Positions 16,614-26,050 are shown, counted from the stretch's first letter. The stretch is 32,000 bases of DNA from Clostridiaceae bacterium (GCA_029983695.1 JASBZB010000010.1:79067-111066), one strand, 5' to 3'. Made by a program: numbers and translations. Notes: generated by a model not told the origin, from the sequence alone.

Positions 16614-16642
16614 ATTATAGTTTTCACACCCTTCAATGTCAA
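16614..16642 (-). promoter_or_regulatory. Consensus sigma-A promoter
   Basis: The minus strand reads TTGACA (16637-16642), then exactly 17 nt, then TATAAT (16614-16619). It lies about 120 nt downstream of the preceding operon's last stop codon. Confidence 0.6.
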
Positions 16643-16763
16643 ATGCTTCACCTCAGATGGTAGCAACTGTGAGACTATATAGAAGGCATGAATCGATTTA
16701 GATGTGTATCTTTAAGAATACTTCCATTTCTCTCCTTCTACATAGCTTGAACTATATTCATCT

Positions 16764-17915
16764 TTATTTTTTATATACTACTTCACCATTAATAATTGTA
16801 TAGGCAACAGTTGCATTCGTATCTACCGCAGGCATCCCCTTAAAAATAACTATGTCTGCATCCTTACCTTCCTCAATAGAACCTACTCTGTCTTCAATGC
16901 CCAATATCTTGGCAGGATTGATTGTCAGCATATTGAGCACTCTCTCTATATCTCCGCCAAAACGAATTACTTCACCGGCTTGTATAATGATTACCTCCGG
17001 GTTTAATATGGGACCGTCAGTCATTATCGCACAGTTTACTCCTTTTTTGTCCAATTCCACCAGGACTCCTATGTCGATTTTGCCGCACTCCCCCGGCAGT
17101 AAAGGTACACCAATAGGTCCATAAATAACTCCTCTGCAGCCCGAGTCGACTATATCATCAATAAAATCACCGGCTCCCCAAGCATGATCAAGGGTAAACT
17201 CCACATTAAATTCCTTTGCTATCCTAATAGTTGTAAGCATATCAAACTGCTCGCAATGGACCTTGATGGGTATTTCCCTTCTAAGCACTCTGCAGACATT
17301 TTCCAACCCTGTATCATAAGGCACCATGGATGATCCATCATCCTTAGCTCCTGCCCTTTTATCCATGTATTCCTTTCCCTTAATAAGGGTCTCTCTCATA
17401 ACTTGCGCGATTCCCATTCTGGTCATAGGCACTTGGTTGCGCTTACCATAGACTCCCTTTGGATTACCGCCTAAGGCCATTTTTAAAGCTACAGGGTTTT
17501 TTATGCACATATCCTCAATACTGTTGCCATAGGATTTTACTGCACATACTAAGCCGCCCACCACATTGCCGCTTCCCGGAGCAATTGCAGAGGTTGTTAT
17601 TCCGGCTCTCCTGACTCTCTCAAACATTTTTGAACCGGTATCGATAGAATATATTGATTGGACCTCCGGAGTAGCATTTTTTGTCATCTCATTCAAATCC
17701 TGATCGCTCATATCGGTGCCAAAACCACCTATATGGCTGTGGGCATCAATAATTCCCGGTATTACAACCATGCCTTCCGCATCAATCACATTATTGCAGC
17801 TGCATTTTAAATTTACACCAACCTCTTTTATCTTTCCATAAGAAATAAGGATATCTCCTTTTTCAATAACTTTTCCGGAACAAGTATATATTTTAGCATT
17901 TTTAATCACCAGCAT
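16764..17915 (-). CDS. Metal-dependent amidohydrolase (COG1228-like, imidazolonepropionase-related), catalytic ligands present
   Basis: HxH motif (IIDAHSHIG), further candidate ligands in KVHCEQ, LDHAWG and MTDGP, and a C-terminal ...GSIEEGKDADIVIF... typical of the superfamily. RBS AGGAGGG lies 7 nt upstream, and the start lies inside the upstream gene. Confidence 0.85.
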   Translation of the reverse strand: MLVIKNAKIYTCSGKVIEKGDILISYGKIKEVGVNLKCSCNNVIDAEGMVVIPGIIDAHSHIGGFGTDMSDQDLNEMTKNATPEVQSIYSIDTGSKMFERVRRAGITTSAIAPGSGNVVGGLVCAVKSYGNSIEDMCIKNPVALKMALGGNPKGVYGKRNQVPMTRMGIAQVMRETLIKGKEYMDKRAGAKDDGSSMVPYDTGLENVCRVLRREIPIKVHCEQFDMLTTIRIAKEFNVEFTLDHAWGAGDFIDDIVDSGCRGVIYGPIGVPLLPGECGKIDIGVLVELDKKGVNCAIMTDGPILNPEVIIIQAGEVIRFGGDIERVLNMLTINPAKILGIEDRVGSIEEGKDADIVIFKGMPAVDTNATVAYTIINGEVVYKK

Positions 17916-19057
17916 GAAGCAACCCTCCTGGAATTTAGGATATTCTCACCATTTATATAGACTGCTTCAGCCCTCGCGGCATATGTCTCAATAGGATTAG
18001 CAGACCATATAGATAAATCAGCATCCTTGCCTATTTCAACAGAACCGATCCTATTATCAACACCCAATATTTTAGAAGGTATTGAGGTAATCATTTTGAG
18101 TACGTCTTCACTGTCCAGGCCATTCTTGTAATATAATATGGCATTCCATAACAGAGATTCTTTGCCTGACGCTGCATTATCTCCGCAAGAGCTGATAGCA
18201 ATATCCATATCTTCTTCTACCAATCTTTTTATTGCAAAAAAGTCTACCATAGAGTTTTTATACGACATGGCACAGGTCAAATCTCCAAGAACTATGCCTG
18301 CCCTCCTGCCGAGTATCTTGGTGACATCTTTATGGATACCGAAGGCGCCTGTAAATACTACATCTATATCGAAATCCTTCAAAGCCATTTCTGCTGCATC
18401 CATATCGGCCTTTGTGCTGCAGTTTATGAAAAGAGGCATTTCTTTGTCCAAGACCTTCAATAAGGCTTCATAATCCCCATTATAGTCCTTCTCTTTTTTC
18501 CCTTTGTATTCTAAAGCTTTCCTCAGGGCTTCCGTCAGAAGAGAGAAAGCTCCCATCTTGGTCATAGGGGTGAGGTTTTTTGAGCCATATAATTTTTTTG
18601 TTTCTGCTGTTATAGAGGATATCATTGCTGCCTTTTCCTTCACCAGCATTTTATATGGATGATCGCCATAAGTCTTAAATACCGCCGCATTGCCTCCTAT
18701 AACATTTTTCGTTGATGGAGTTATACCTGCACTTGTTACACCGTATTCAAAAACTCTTTGGAACATCATGCTGTCCTGATCAAAGGAATAAACCACATCC
18801 ATAGCCGGAGTGACCGGGTTGGAGTGCTCGTTCAAATCATTATCATCCCATCCGGGCCCCATGCATCCCCAGATATTAAGAGAATCAATGAGGCCGGGCA
18901 ATATGACCTTATCCTTTGCATCTACCACTTCTGTAAGGCCAGAGACTTTCAGATCATATCCAATATCTTTTATCCGGGTATTTTCTATGAGAATATCTGC
19001 ACCGTCCAATATACGGCCATTCCCATCATGCAAAATACCCTTCTTTATCAGAATCAT
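17906..19057 (-). CDS. Amidohydrolase-fold paralogue lacking the canonical metal-binding histidines
   Basis: Same length (383 aa) and same N- and C-terminal architecture (...GSVEIGKDADLSIW...). The HxH position reads DSLNIWG, and the later His positions read INCSTK and FTGAFG. It overlaps the downstream paralogue by 10 nt. Confidence 0.8.
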   Translation of the reverse strand: MILIKKGILHDGNGRILDGADILIENTRIKDIGYDLKVSGLTEVVDAKDKVILPGLIDSLNIWGCMGPGWDDNDLNEHSNPVTPAMDVVYSFDQDSMMFQRVFEYGVTSAGITPSTKNVIGGNAAVFKTYGDHPYKMLVKEKAAMISSITAETKKLYGSKNLTPMTKMGAFSLLTEALRKALEYKGKKEKDYNGDYEALLKVLDKEMPLFINCSTKADMDAAEMALKDFDIDVVFTGAFGIHKDVTKILGRRAGIVLGDLTCAMSYKNSMVDFFAIKRLVEEDMDIAISSCGDNAASGKESLLWNAILYYKNGLDSEDVLKMITSIPSKILGVDNRIGSVEIGKDADLSIWSANPIETYAARAEAVYINGENILNSRRVASCW

Positions 19058-19069
19058 GATCAGCCCCCC

Positions 19070-20458
19070 TTAATTGTTTTTCAAGTAATCTGCCATAAGC
19101 AGTCCGCATTCTAATTGAATGGCTACCAGCTTCTTAATGGGCACCACTTCATAATGTATTTTCTCTTCCAATTCCACACTCAGTGCCTTTAACCTGTCTT
19201 CTGCAAGCTTAAAAGCTCTCGTCAAGGCTTCTTTCTTTTCCTTGTCGTCTTCATTTGAAGCAGCCATATTTTCCAGCTCAGATTCATTGGCTCTGACCAA
19301 TAATCCGTAAGACAACATTTTGTAAAATTTAGTTACCAGTAAATTATCGAATTCTTCAGCTACTGTAGCTTTTTTGGCAAAATCCGGATTTCCCTTTACC
19401 ATCTTTCGTTCAGCTTCATTTCTTTCGGCATTGTCTGTAAAAGCTTCCAAAGCAAGTCTGAAAGGATTGTTCTTTTTCATATACTTTATCGAAATATCGA
19501 GGGTAGATTTTATGAACTTATCTGCCTCTTCGCTGTTATCCAGGCTTATTAGCACTGCATCCCTTCGGGTTATGCCGGCTTCAGATAAATCATTTATCCT
19601 TTTGTCGTAAAAATATGGCAATTCAGTCAGAAGTGTAAATGATCCGCATAGATCCTGAGCATAATCAGAGCTGCAGGTTCCGGCCTTTATGCTGTCTTCC
19701 GGATGCTCCACACCGTATTTTTCTAAATAATCATAGTTTTGTTCAATGCCCAGATTCTGATAAATTGCAGGAGAATATGCTACACAATAGGGCGCTTCGG
19801 GTTCGCCCAAATTCAAGGGCACTCCCTGCTTTTTAGCAGCTTCTCTCATAGCATCATAGATTTCCTTCGTTTCTTCGGTTATATACCAGTAGACTCCTCC
19901 AAAACCCGCATTATGCAATGAGTATATAAATTTTGGCCTGATGCGTTCTATAAGGCCCATCATAGCTTTTGTCTCAGGAATCGTATCATGGAAATGAAGA
20001 TTTTTATAATCTATCGGGAAGGTCCAGTCTACCTGCTGATGCCCTGCTGGTCTGAAGAAATTTCTCGAATAATTATAAAGAGTATATGGGCCTTTGAACC
20101 ACTTTTCATTTAATTTAGTGCCGTCTGCATCCCAGGCTTTAACTATATACCAAGTATAGTCAAGCTCATCTCTCAGCTCCTTATTTTGTGCCAGCTCTTT
20201 GGAGAAGTATTCCAGCATCATCGTCCCGATAGGTTCATTTGGGTGAGGGCAGCCAAACATCAAAGCATTTTGGGAGCCATTCCCTATTTTTAAGCAGTAT
20301 AACGGATGATTTTCTCTTGATCTTCCCATTTCAAATAATTCTACGCAGTCAGGAAATTCTTGCGCTAATTTTTTACTGCTATTATCCATCTCTTCTACAG
20401 TCAGAAATTCCTTGTAGTCAGGAATACCATCTATAAGCCTTTGAAATATTTCTTTCAT
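19070..20458 (-). CDS. Cytoplasmic M14-family zinc carboxypeptidase with a helical C-terminal extension
   Basis: HxxE zinc motif (CPHPNEPIG), a second His (SLHNAGFGG) and a catalytic Glu candidate (LLTELPY). No signal peptide. I prefer the ATG at 20458 (MKEIFQ) with AGGAGG 7 nt upstream. Confidence 0.8.
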   Translation of the reverse strand: MKEIFQRLIDGIPDYKEFLTVEEMDNSSKKLAQEFPDCVELFEMGRSRENHPLYCLKIGNGSQNALMFGCPHPNEPIGTMMLEYFSKELAQNKELRDELDYTWYIVKAWDADGTKLNEKWFKGPYTLYNYSRNFFRPAGHQQVDWTFPIDYKNLHFHDTIPETKAMMGLIERIRPKFIYSLHNAGFGGVYWYITEETKEIYDAMREAAKKQGVPLNLGEPEAPYCVAYSPAIYQNLGIEQNYDYLEKYGVEHPEDSIKAGTCSSDYAQDLCGSFTLLTELPYFYDKRINDLSEAGITRRDAVLISLDNSEEADKFIKSTLDISIKYMKKNNPFRLALEAFTDNAERNEAERKMVKGNPDFAKKATVAEEFDNLLVTKFYKMLSYGLLVRANESELENMAASNEDDKEKKEALTRAFKLAEDRLKALSVELEEKIHYEVVPIKKLVAIQLECGLLMADYLKNN

Positions 20459-20480
20459 GTCATGTCCTCCTATAAGAGCT

Positions 20481-20513
20481 AATTGCATATCCACTTAAAA
20501 CAGATATGCAATT
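20481..20513 (-). other. Intercistronic stem-loop between the SBP and M14 genes
   Basis: Perfect 11-bp inverted repeat AATTGCATATC/GATATGCAATT with an 11-nt loop. No U-tract follows it on the minus strand. Confidence 0.5.
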
Positions 20514-20535
20514 AGTCATTTTATTGAATATTAAG

Positions 20536-22125
20536 TTATTTTGCAGCTAAATCTGTATATGTGAATTCTGCCCAGCCCCATTTACCTGTTCCATCAATGG
20601 GCAGATTGATATAATCGGATCTATTGGCATCATAGCCTGCAAAAGTAACTATCGGAACATAAGGCAAATCCTTTGCTAATAATGCTTGAGCTTTTTTATA
20701 ATATTCAGCCCTCTTGCCTTGGTCTCCTGTAGCAGCTCCCTGTTCACATAATGAATCAAATTCGGCACTGCTGTATGCTGCATAATTGCTTGCTTGTCCA
20801 GTACCAAATCTTTTTGCTAAGGCAGCAGGATCCGGCCCCATGAATCCACCCTGCATTTCAAGTATGAAATCCCTCTTGGTTCCTACTTTTTCAGACCAGG
20901 CATTATACTCATGAACTTGTACTTCAACATCTATTCCGGCTTGAGCCAAGGTAGCTTCGATCAATTTCGCAGCTTCCGGATAACCGCCACCTTCAAATAC
21001 GTCCAAAGTCAAGCCTGCTACATAGAATCCATTTGCATCCTTCTTGTAGCCCGCATCTTCCAGTACCTTCTTGGCTTCCTCTATATTGAAGTGCGGAGAT
21101 GTTTCCTCACTGTTTGATGCCCATTTTATCAAAGAAGGATACATATTGTATTCAGGTTTTTGCACTCCTGCATATATCTTTTGAGATATTTCTTCCTTAT
21201 TTATGGCAGCAGCTATAGCTTTTCTTAAGTTTACATCTTGTACTGCTTTATCCTTTAAGTTGAATATGATTCTCATGGGAGACGGGTATTCATTCAAAGC
21301 TAATCTTATATTCCCGGCTGCTTTTAGCTCCTCAACATTTCCTGCAGGCACATTTTCAAACATATCGATATCTCCATTGATAAGAGCCTGCACCGCAGTT
21401 GCATCATCCGGAATTATTGAGAATATAAGCTTGTCCAGCTTTGGCGACCCTTCATGGTAATCCTTATTCGGAACAAGAGTGATGCTTTCACCCTGTTTAA
21501 ATTCAGAGAGCTTAAATGGTCCTGAGCCTACAGGGTTTTTTGAAGCAGGATTGTCTTCCCATTTTTCTCCGTTATTATAAAGGTGCTCAGGCAAAATGAA
21601 AGTCCCATACCAGCCTAAATCCGCAATGAAAGAAACATCTGCTTTATTCATTTTGAAAACTACAGTATAGTCATCCGGAGTTTCAATAGAATCAACAATT
21701 CCAAGTCTTGTGCTCATATAATATGTTTCATTGGCTTTAATTGTATCAAAAGTGTATTTTACGTCTTTGCTTGTAACTTTATTGCCGTCATGCCATTTGG
21801 CATCTTCTCTCAAAAAGAATGTGATATTCTTGCCATCTTCACTGACTTCCCACTTGCTGGCCAAATCAGGTATAATTTGCTTTGATGCGTCTAATTTAAC
21901 AAGCCTGTTGAAGATATTTTGAACAATCGGATAATTATTGTCATCAGGCAGAGTATCCGGGTTAAAAGACATCGGGTCACCAATAGCTCTTACAATCAAC
22001 ACCTTTTCCTCCGCAGGTGTCTGCGCAGCTGCAGGTTCGGATGCGTTCCGGGAAGTTGAGCATCCGGTTGCCATAATAGACAGTATTAACACTGCTACGG
22101 TTATCAACGACATTTTTTTCTTCAT
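20536..22125 (-). CDS. ABC transporter substrate-binding lipoprotein, family 5 (peptide/nickel type)
   Basis: Signal peptide with lipobox MATGC, and a family-5 SBP-like segment (DGKNITFFLREDAKWHDGNKVTSKDV). I prefer the ATG at 22125 (MKKKMSL) with AGGAGG 6 nt upstream. Confidence 0.88.
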   Translation of the reverse strand: MKKKMSLITVAVLILSIMATGCSTSRNASEPAAAQTPAEEKVLIVRAIGDPMSFNPDTLPDDNNYPIVQNIFNRLVKLDASKQIIPDLASKWEVSEDGKNITFFLREDAKWHDGNKVTSKDVKYTFDTIKANETYYMSTRLGIVDSIETPDDYTVVFKMNKADVSFIADLGWYGTFILPEHLYNNGEKWEDNPASKNPVGSGPFKLSEFKQGESITLVPNKDYHEGSPKLDKLIFSIIPDDATAVQALINGDIDMFENVPAGNVEELKAAGNIRLALNEYPSPMRIIFNLKDKAVQDVNLRKAIAAAINKEEISQKIYAGVQKPEYNMYPSLIKWASNSEETSPHFNIEEAKKVLEDAGYKKDANGFYVAGLTLDVFEGGGYPEAAKLIEATLAQAGIDVEVQVHEYNAWSEKVGTKRDFILEMQGGFMGPDPAALAKRFGTGQASNYAAYSSAEFDSLCEQGAATGDQGKRAEYYKKAQALLAKDLPYVPIVTFAGYDANRSDYINLPIDGTGKWGWAEFTYTDLAAK

Positions 22126-22140
22126 AAAAATCCTCCTCAT

Positions 22141-23136
22141 CTATTCATTATTCAATCTATCGCAAGCTGCATAATGACCATTCCCCAAGTCACAGGCAGC
22201 AGGATATTTGATAAGACACTCTTTATTCGCCTTAAAACATCTGGGAGCAAAATAGCAGCCTGGTCCAGGATTGATCGGAGTAGGGGGCTCTCCGGCAATA
22301 CTGATTCTGTCCATAATTTCATCAGGATCAATAGACCCGCAATTTGAAATCAGTGCTTGGGTATATGGATGCTTCGGATTTCTTATAACCTCATCGCTTT
22401 CTCCGTATTCCACTATCCTTCCCAAATACATAACTGCTATTTTGTCTGATATGTATCTTGTCAATGAAATATCATGGCTGATAAATATAATTGCAGCATT
22501 CTTTTCCTTGCTCAGATTCAAAAGCATGTTGATGATATCTGCTCTAACAGACACATCGAGCATAGAAACCGGCTCATCTGCAATGATAAACTTAGGATTT
22601 AAAAGCATGGCCCGTAATATGGAAATTCTCTGCAGCTGACCTCCAGACAATTCATGAGGGTACCTTTTCATAATGTCTTCACCGGGATGAAGTCCGCCGG
22701 ATTCTAAGGCTTCTATACAAATTCGCTTCTTCTCCTCATCCGAGCCGCCAATAGAATGTATCTTCAGAGGCCTCATCAATATATTTTCGATAGTATCTCT
22801 GGGAGTAAAAGAATCGTAGGGATTTTGAAATACTATCTGAACTAATCTTCGAAACTTTTTTGAGTTTCTTTTCATCAACTCTCCTGTAGATACATTGTCA
22901 ATATATACATCTCCATCTGTCGGATTCTCAAGCCTGGCAAGGATCCTTCCCAAGGTGGATTTCCCGCAGCCGCTCTCTCCTATGACACCCAATACTTCGC
23001 CTTTTCCCATCTCTAGAGAAACTTTGTCCACTGCCTTAACCCATTGTTTTTCCTTTGCAAACAGCTTAACACCACTCTTAACCGGGTACCACATGGAAAC
23101 ATTATCTATCTTTATATAGTCTTTATTGCTTTCCAT
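22141..23136 (-). CDS. Peptide-type ABC transporter ATP-binding protein (OppF-like)
   Basis: Walker A GESGCGKST, signature LSGGQLQR, Walker B IIADEP and C-terminal HPYT...C.F..RC. RBS GGAGGTG. Confidence 0.9.
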   Translation of the reverse strand: MESNKDYIKIDNVSMWYPVKSGVKLFAKEKQWVKAVDKVSLEMGKGEVLGVIGESGCGKSTLGRILARLENPTDGDVYIDNVSTGELMKRNSKKFRRLVQIVFQNPYDSFTPRDTIENILMRPLKIHSIGGSDEEKKRICIEALESGGLHPGEDIMKRYPHELSGGQLQRISILRAMLLNPKFIIADEPVSMLDVSVRADIINMLLNLSKEKNAAIIFISHDISLTRYISDKIAVMYLGRIVEYGESDEVIRNPKHPYTQALISNCGSIDPDEIMDRISIAGEPPTPINPGPGCYFAPRCFKANKECLIKYPAACDLGNGHYAACDRLNNE

Positions 23137-24105
23137 TTATTCTTCACCTCCATACAGGTGACAATTCAGCAAGAATCCTTCATCCGTCTCCAATTTTTTA
23201 GGCTTGACTTTAAAACATTTATCCATAGCATATTGGCATCTGGGAGCAAAAATACACCCATCATACAGCTTGGACAAATCCGTTAAAAAGCCATTTATAG
23301 CTTCCAGCTTTGACTTTTCTCCTTTAAGAGAAGGAAAAGACGAAAGCAAACCTTTGGTATATGGATGCTTTGGGTTTTTTAAAACATCCTTAACGTACCC
23401 TATTTCCATAAACTCTCCCGCATACATAATAGCTACCTTATTACATGAGGTTGATACCACAGACATATCATGGGTTATCATAATTCTTGTCATATCCAAT
23501 TCTTTTTCCATCTTTAGTATTTCATCCAATATCTGCCCTTGTGTGACAACGTCAAGAGCTGTAGTAGCTTCATCGAGAATCAGCAGTTTAGGGTTATGTA
23601 TAAGGCTTACGGCAATAGAAACTCTTTGCAGCATGCCTCCCGACAGTTCATGAGGATAAAGATTGTAGACCCTTTCTGAGAGATTTACCAACTGCAGAAG
23701 GTATTCTATCCTTTTAAAAATTTCTTCCCTTGAAGCTTCAGGGTAATGAACTCTATAAATATCCTCGATCTGAGTTCCTATACGGTGAACCGGGCTTAAT
23801 GAGTTCATAGATTTCTGAAACACAACGGCCAATTCTCTCCATCTCATTTTTTGCAATTCTGGCTTACTTAGCTTTGTAATATCTTTACCTATAAAATTAG
23901 CCACTCCGGATATCTCTGTACTTTTCTCGGGGAGAAGTCTCAATAATGCCATAGCCATTGTGGATTTACCAGAGCCTGACTCTCCTACTATTCCCAGGGA
24001 GTCTCCTTTATTGATTTTAAGATTTGCATTTTTTACTGCATAGACTTTTTTATACTTATTCACATAAGTAACATTAAAATTTTCTAATTCCAAAACTCTT
24101 TCCAT
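23137..24105 (-). CDS. Peptide-type ABC transporter ATP-binding protein (OppD-like)
   Basis: Walker A GESGSGKST, signature LSGGMLQR, Walker B LILDEATTALD and C-terminal HPYT...C.FAPRC. RBS GAGGGGGAG. Confidence 0.9.
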   Translation of the reverse strand: MERVLELENFNVTYVNKYKKVYAVKNANLKINKGDSLGIVGESGSGKSTMAMALLRLLPEKSTEISGVANFIGKDITKLSKPELQKMRWRELAVVFQKSMNSLSPVHRIGTQIEDIYRVHYPEASREEIFKRIEYLLQLVNLSERVYNLYPHELSGGMLQRVSIAVSLIHNPKLLILDEATTALDVVTQGQILDEILKMEKELDMTRIMITHDMSVVSTSCNKVAIMYAGEFMEIGYVKDVLKNPKHPYTKGLLSSFPSLKGEKSKLEAINGFLTDLSKLYDGCIFAPRCQYAMDKCFKVKPKKLETDEGFLLNCHLYGGEE

Positions 24106-24107
24106 TA

Positions 24108-24971
24108 CTAGACTCCCCCTCTGCTGATATGCTTAGGGTTAAGCACATGATTTAAGCCATCGCCTAATAAATAAAATATTATGACCGTGATAACAATAGC
24201 CAAACCGGCAAAAGTTGATATCCACCATGCACTGGTGATATACGCCTTACCTGCATAAATCATCTGCCCCCAGCTTATGACATTAGGGTCACCGAGGCCT
24301 AAAAAACTGAGGCCGGCTTCTGTCAGTATGGCGTTGGACATACCCACTGTTGTATTCGCAATTACAGGAAATATGCCGTTGGGAATGATATACTTAAAAA
24401 GTATCTGCAGCCTGCTTTCTCCCATAGCAGAGCCTGCTTTTACAAAGGTTCTTTCTCTAAGGGATAAAGCTTGGGCCCTCATCAATTTGGCATTGCTTGG
24501 CCAGGTGGTCAAACCTATTACTATCATCACATTTACAATGCTGTTCCCAAACAGGGCAATTATAAGCAGAATGAGAAAGAAAGTAGGCAGCATCATAAAG
24601 ATATTAATTATTTCTGATACAAACTGATCTACATTTTTTCCGAAATACCCTGCAATGCCTCCTATTAGAGTTCCAATCGCAGCAGATATAAGGGCTGAGA
24701 TAACAGCAACTTTAAGTGAGGTACGTGTGCCGTAAATAATCATGCTGTAAATATCTTGTCCCATATTATTGGTTCCCAACAGGTGTCCATTCTGCCTTAT
24801 TTTATTCAGTATATCCGGACCAAAATCATATGGATTATGGCTTGCTAAACCCGGTGCGAATATTACGACTAATAAAAGCAAAATAATTCCGTAAAAACCG
24901 CACCTCAATTGCATATCTTTGCTAATAACTTCTTTGGCTTTTTTAAAAGTACTTTTTACATTTAGCTTCAT
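24108..24971 (-). CDS. Peptide-type ABC transporter permease (OppC/DppC-like)
   Basis: Hydrophobic multi-pass protein with an EAA-type loop (EAGLSFLGLGDPN.ISWG). RBS AAGGAGGG lies 5 nt upstream. Confidence 0.88.
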   Translation of the reverse strand: MKLNVKSTFKKAKEVISKDMQLRCGFYGIILLLLVVIFAPGLASHNPYDFGPDILNKIRQNGHLLGTNNMGQDIYSMIIYGTRTSLKVAVISALISAAIGTLIGGIAGYFGKNVDQFVSEIINIFMMLPTFFLILLIIALFGNSIVNVMIVIGLTTWPSNAKLMRAQALSLRERTFVKAGSAMGESRLQILFKYIIPNGIFPVIANTTVGMSNAILTEAGLSFLGLGDPNVISWGQMIYAGKAYITSAWWISTFAGLAIVITVIIFYLLGDGLNHVLNPKHISRGGV

Positions 24972-24982
24972 GAAGACCCTCC

Positions 24983-25945
24983 TTAATACCTTATCCTTGG
25001 ATCAAACACTGCATATACAATATCTACAATCATCATCACCACCGCAATCGATACCGACATAACAAGATATATCCCCATTAAAGTAGGATAATCTCTCTGA
25101 GTGATGGCGGTGAGAACCAAACGCCCCGTCCCCGGCCAGGCAAATACTATCTCTATAAGTGCTACTCCTGTAATCAAGTAGGCTAGTGATATGCCGAAGA
25201 TAGTTATGGTTGGCAGTATTGCATTTCTAAATATATACTTGTTGAATATTTTCCTCTCATTCATTCCTGTAGCTCTGAAAGTAACAATAAAATCTTCATT
25301 GGTGACCTGCAGAACAGATGATTTTGCAATTCTGAAATAAATCGGTATTTCTATCAATAGGAGTGTCCCTACAGGCAAGATCATATGTACAATTACATCC
25401 AATATATATTTCATGCCGGTATAGTTCGCTCTGGCATTAGTCATCCCGTATGTAGGAAGCAGGTTTAACCTGGATGAAAAAACTATAATAAGCATAAGTC
25501 CTAACCAAAATGAAGGCATTGAATTCAAGATATATGAAATCCCTGAGAAAACAGCATCTATAAATGAACCCTCCTGCCGGGCCGCCATTATGCCCATCAA
25601 TGTTCCAATAAATAAAGAAAGTATTGCTGCAGTGAGCACCAATAATACAGTTGCTCCTAACTTTTCGCCTATCATATCCGTGACCGGTCTGTTGTATATT
25701 ATTGAAGTTCCTAAATCTCCTGTAAGAGCTGTCTTTAAATACATTACAAACTGGGTAGGCAAAGGCTTATCCAGACCATATTTATGCTCTAATGCAGCTT
25801 TCAAGACCAGATCATCAGTTTCTTTACCCATTAGAGTCTTTATAGGATCACCCGGTGCTAATCTGATAATGATGAAGTTGATAGAAAAAACAATGATTAT
25901 AGTAAGAAGACCTGTTAATAATCTTTTGCCGATGTACCTTTTCAC
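24983..25945 (-). CDS. Peptide-type ABC transporter permease (OppB/DppB-like)
   Basis: N-terminus MKRYIGKRLLTGLLTI...LAPGDP and C-terminus DIVYAVFDPRIRY. GTG start with GGAGGGG upstream. First gene of the operon. Confidence 0.88.
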   Translation of the reverse strand: MKRYIGKRLLTGLLTIIIVFSINFIIIRLAPGDPIKTLMGKETDDLVLKAALEHKYGLDKPLPTQFVMYLKTALTGDLGTSIIYNRPVTDMIGEKLGATVLLVLTAAILSLFIGTLMGIMAARQEGSFIDAVFSGISYILNSMPSFWLGLMLIIVFSSRLNLLPTYGMTNARANYTGMKYILDVIVHMILPVGTLLLIEIPIYFRIAKSSVLQVTNEDFIVTFRATGMNERKIFNKYIFRNAILPTITIFGISLAYLITGVALIEIVFAWPGTGRLVLTAITQRDYPTLMGIYLVMSVSIAVVMMIVDIVYAVFDPRIRY

Positions 25946-26034
25946 TCAATCCCCTCCAAAGTTAAATTTCAACCTGCACTTGAAAGCAATAACACTATAT
26001 CACTGCAAACATGATATAATAATTGTAAGCCTGT

Positions 26035-26050
26035 AGTGAACATGTTCACT
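26035..26050. promoter_or_regulatory. Candidate TetR-family operator (perfect 16-bp palindrome)
   Basis: AGTGAACATGTTCACT is a perfect inverted repeat. It lies in the divergent tetR/ABC control region, just downstream of the predicted minus-strand transcription start. Confidence 0.4.
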
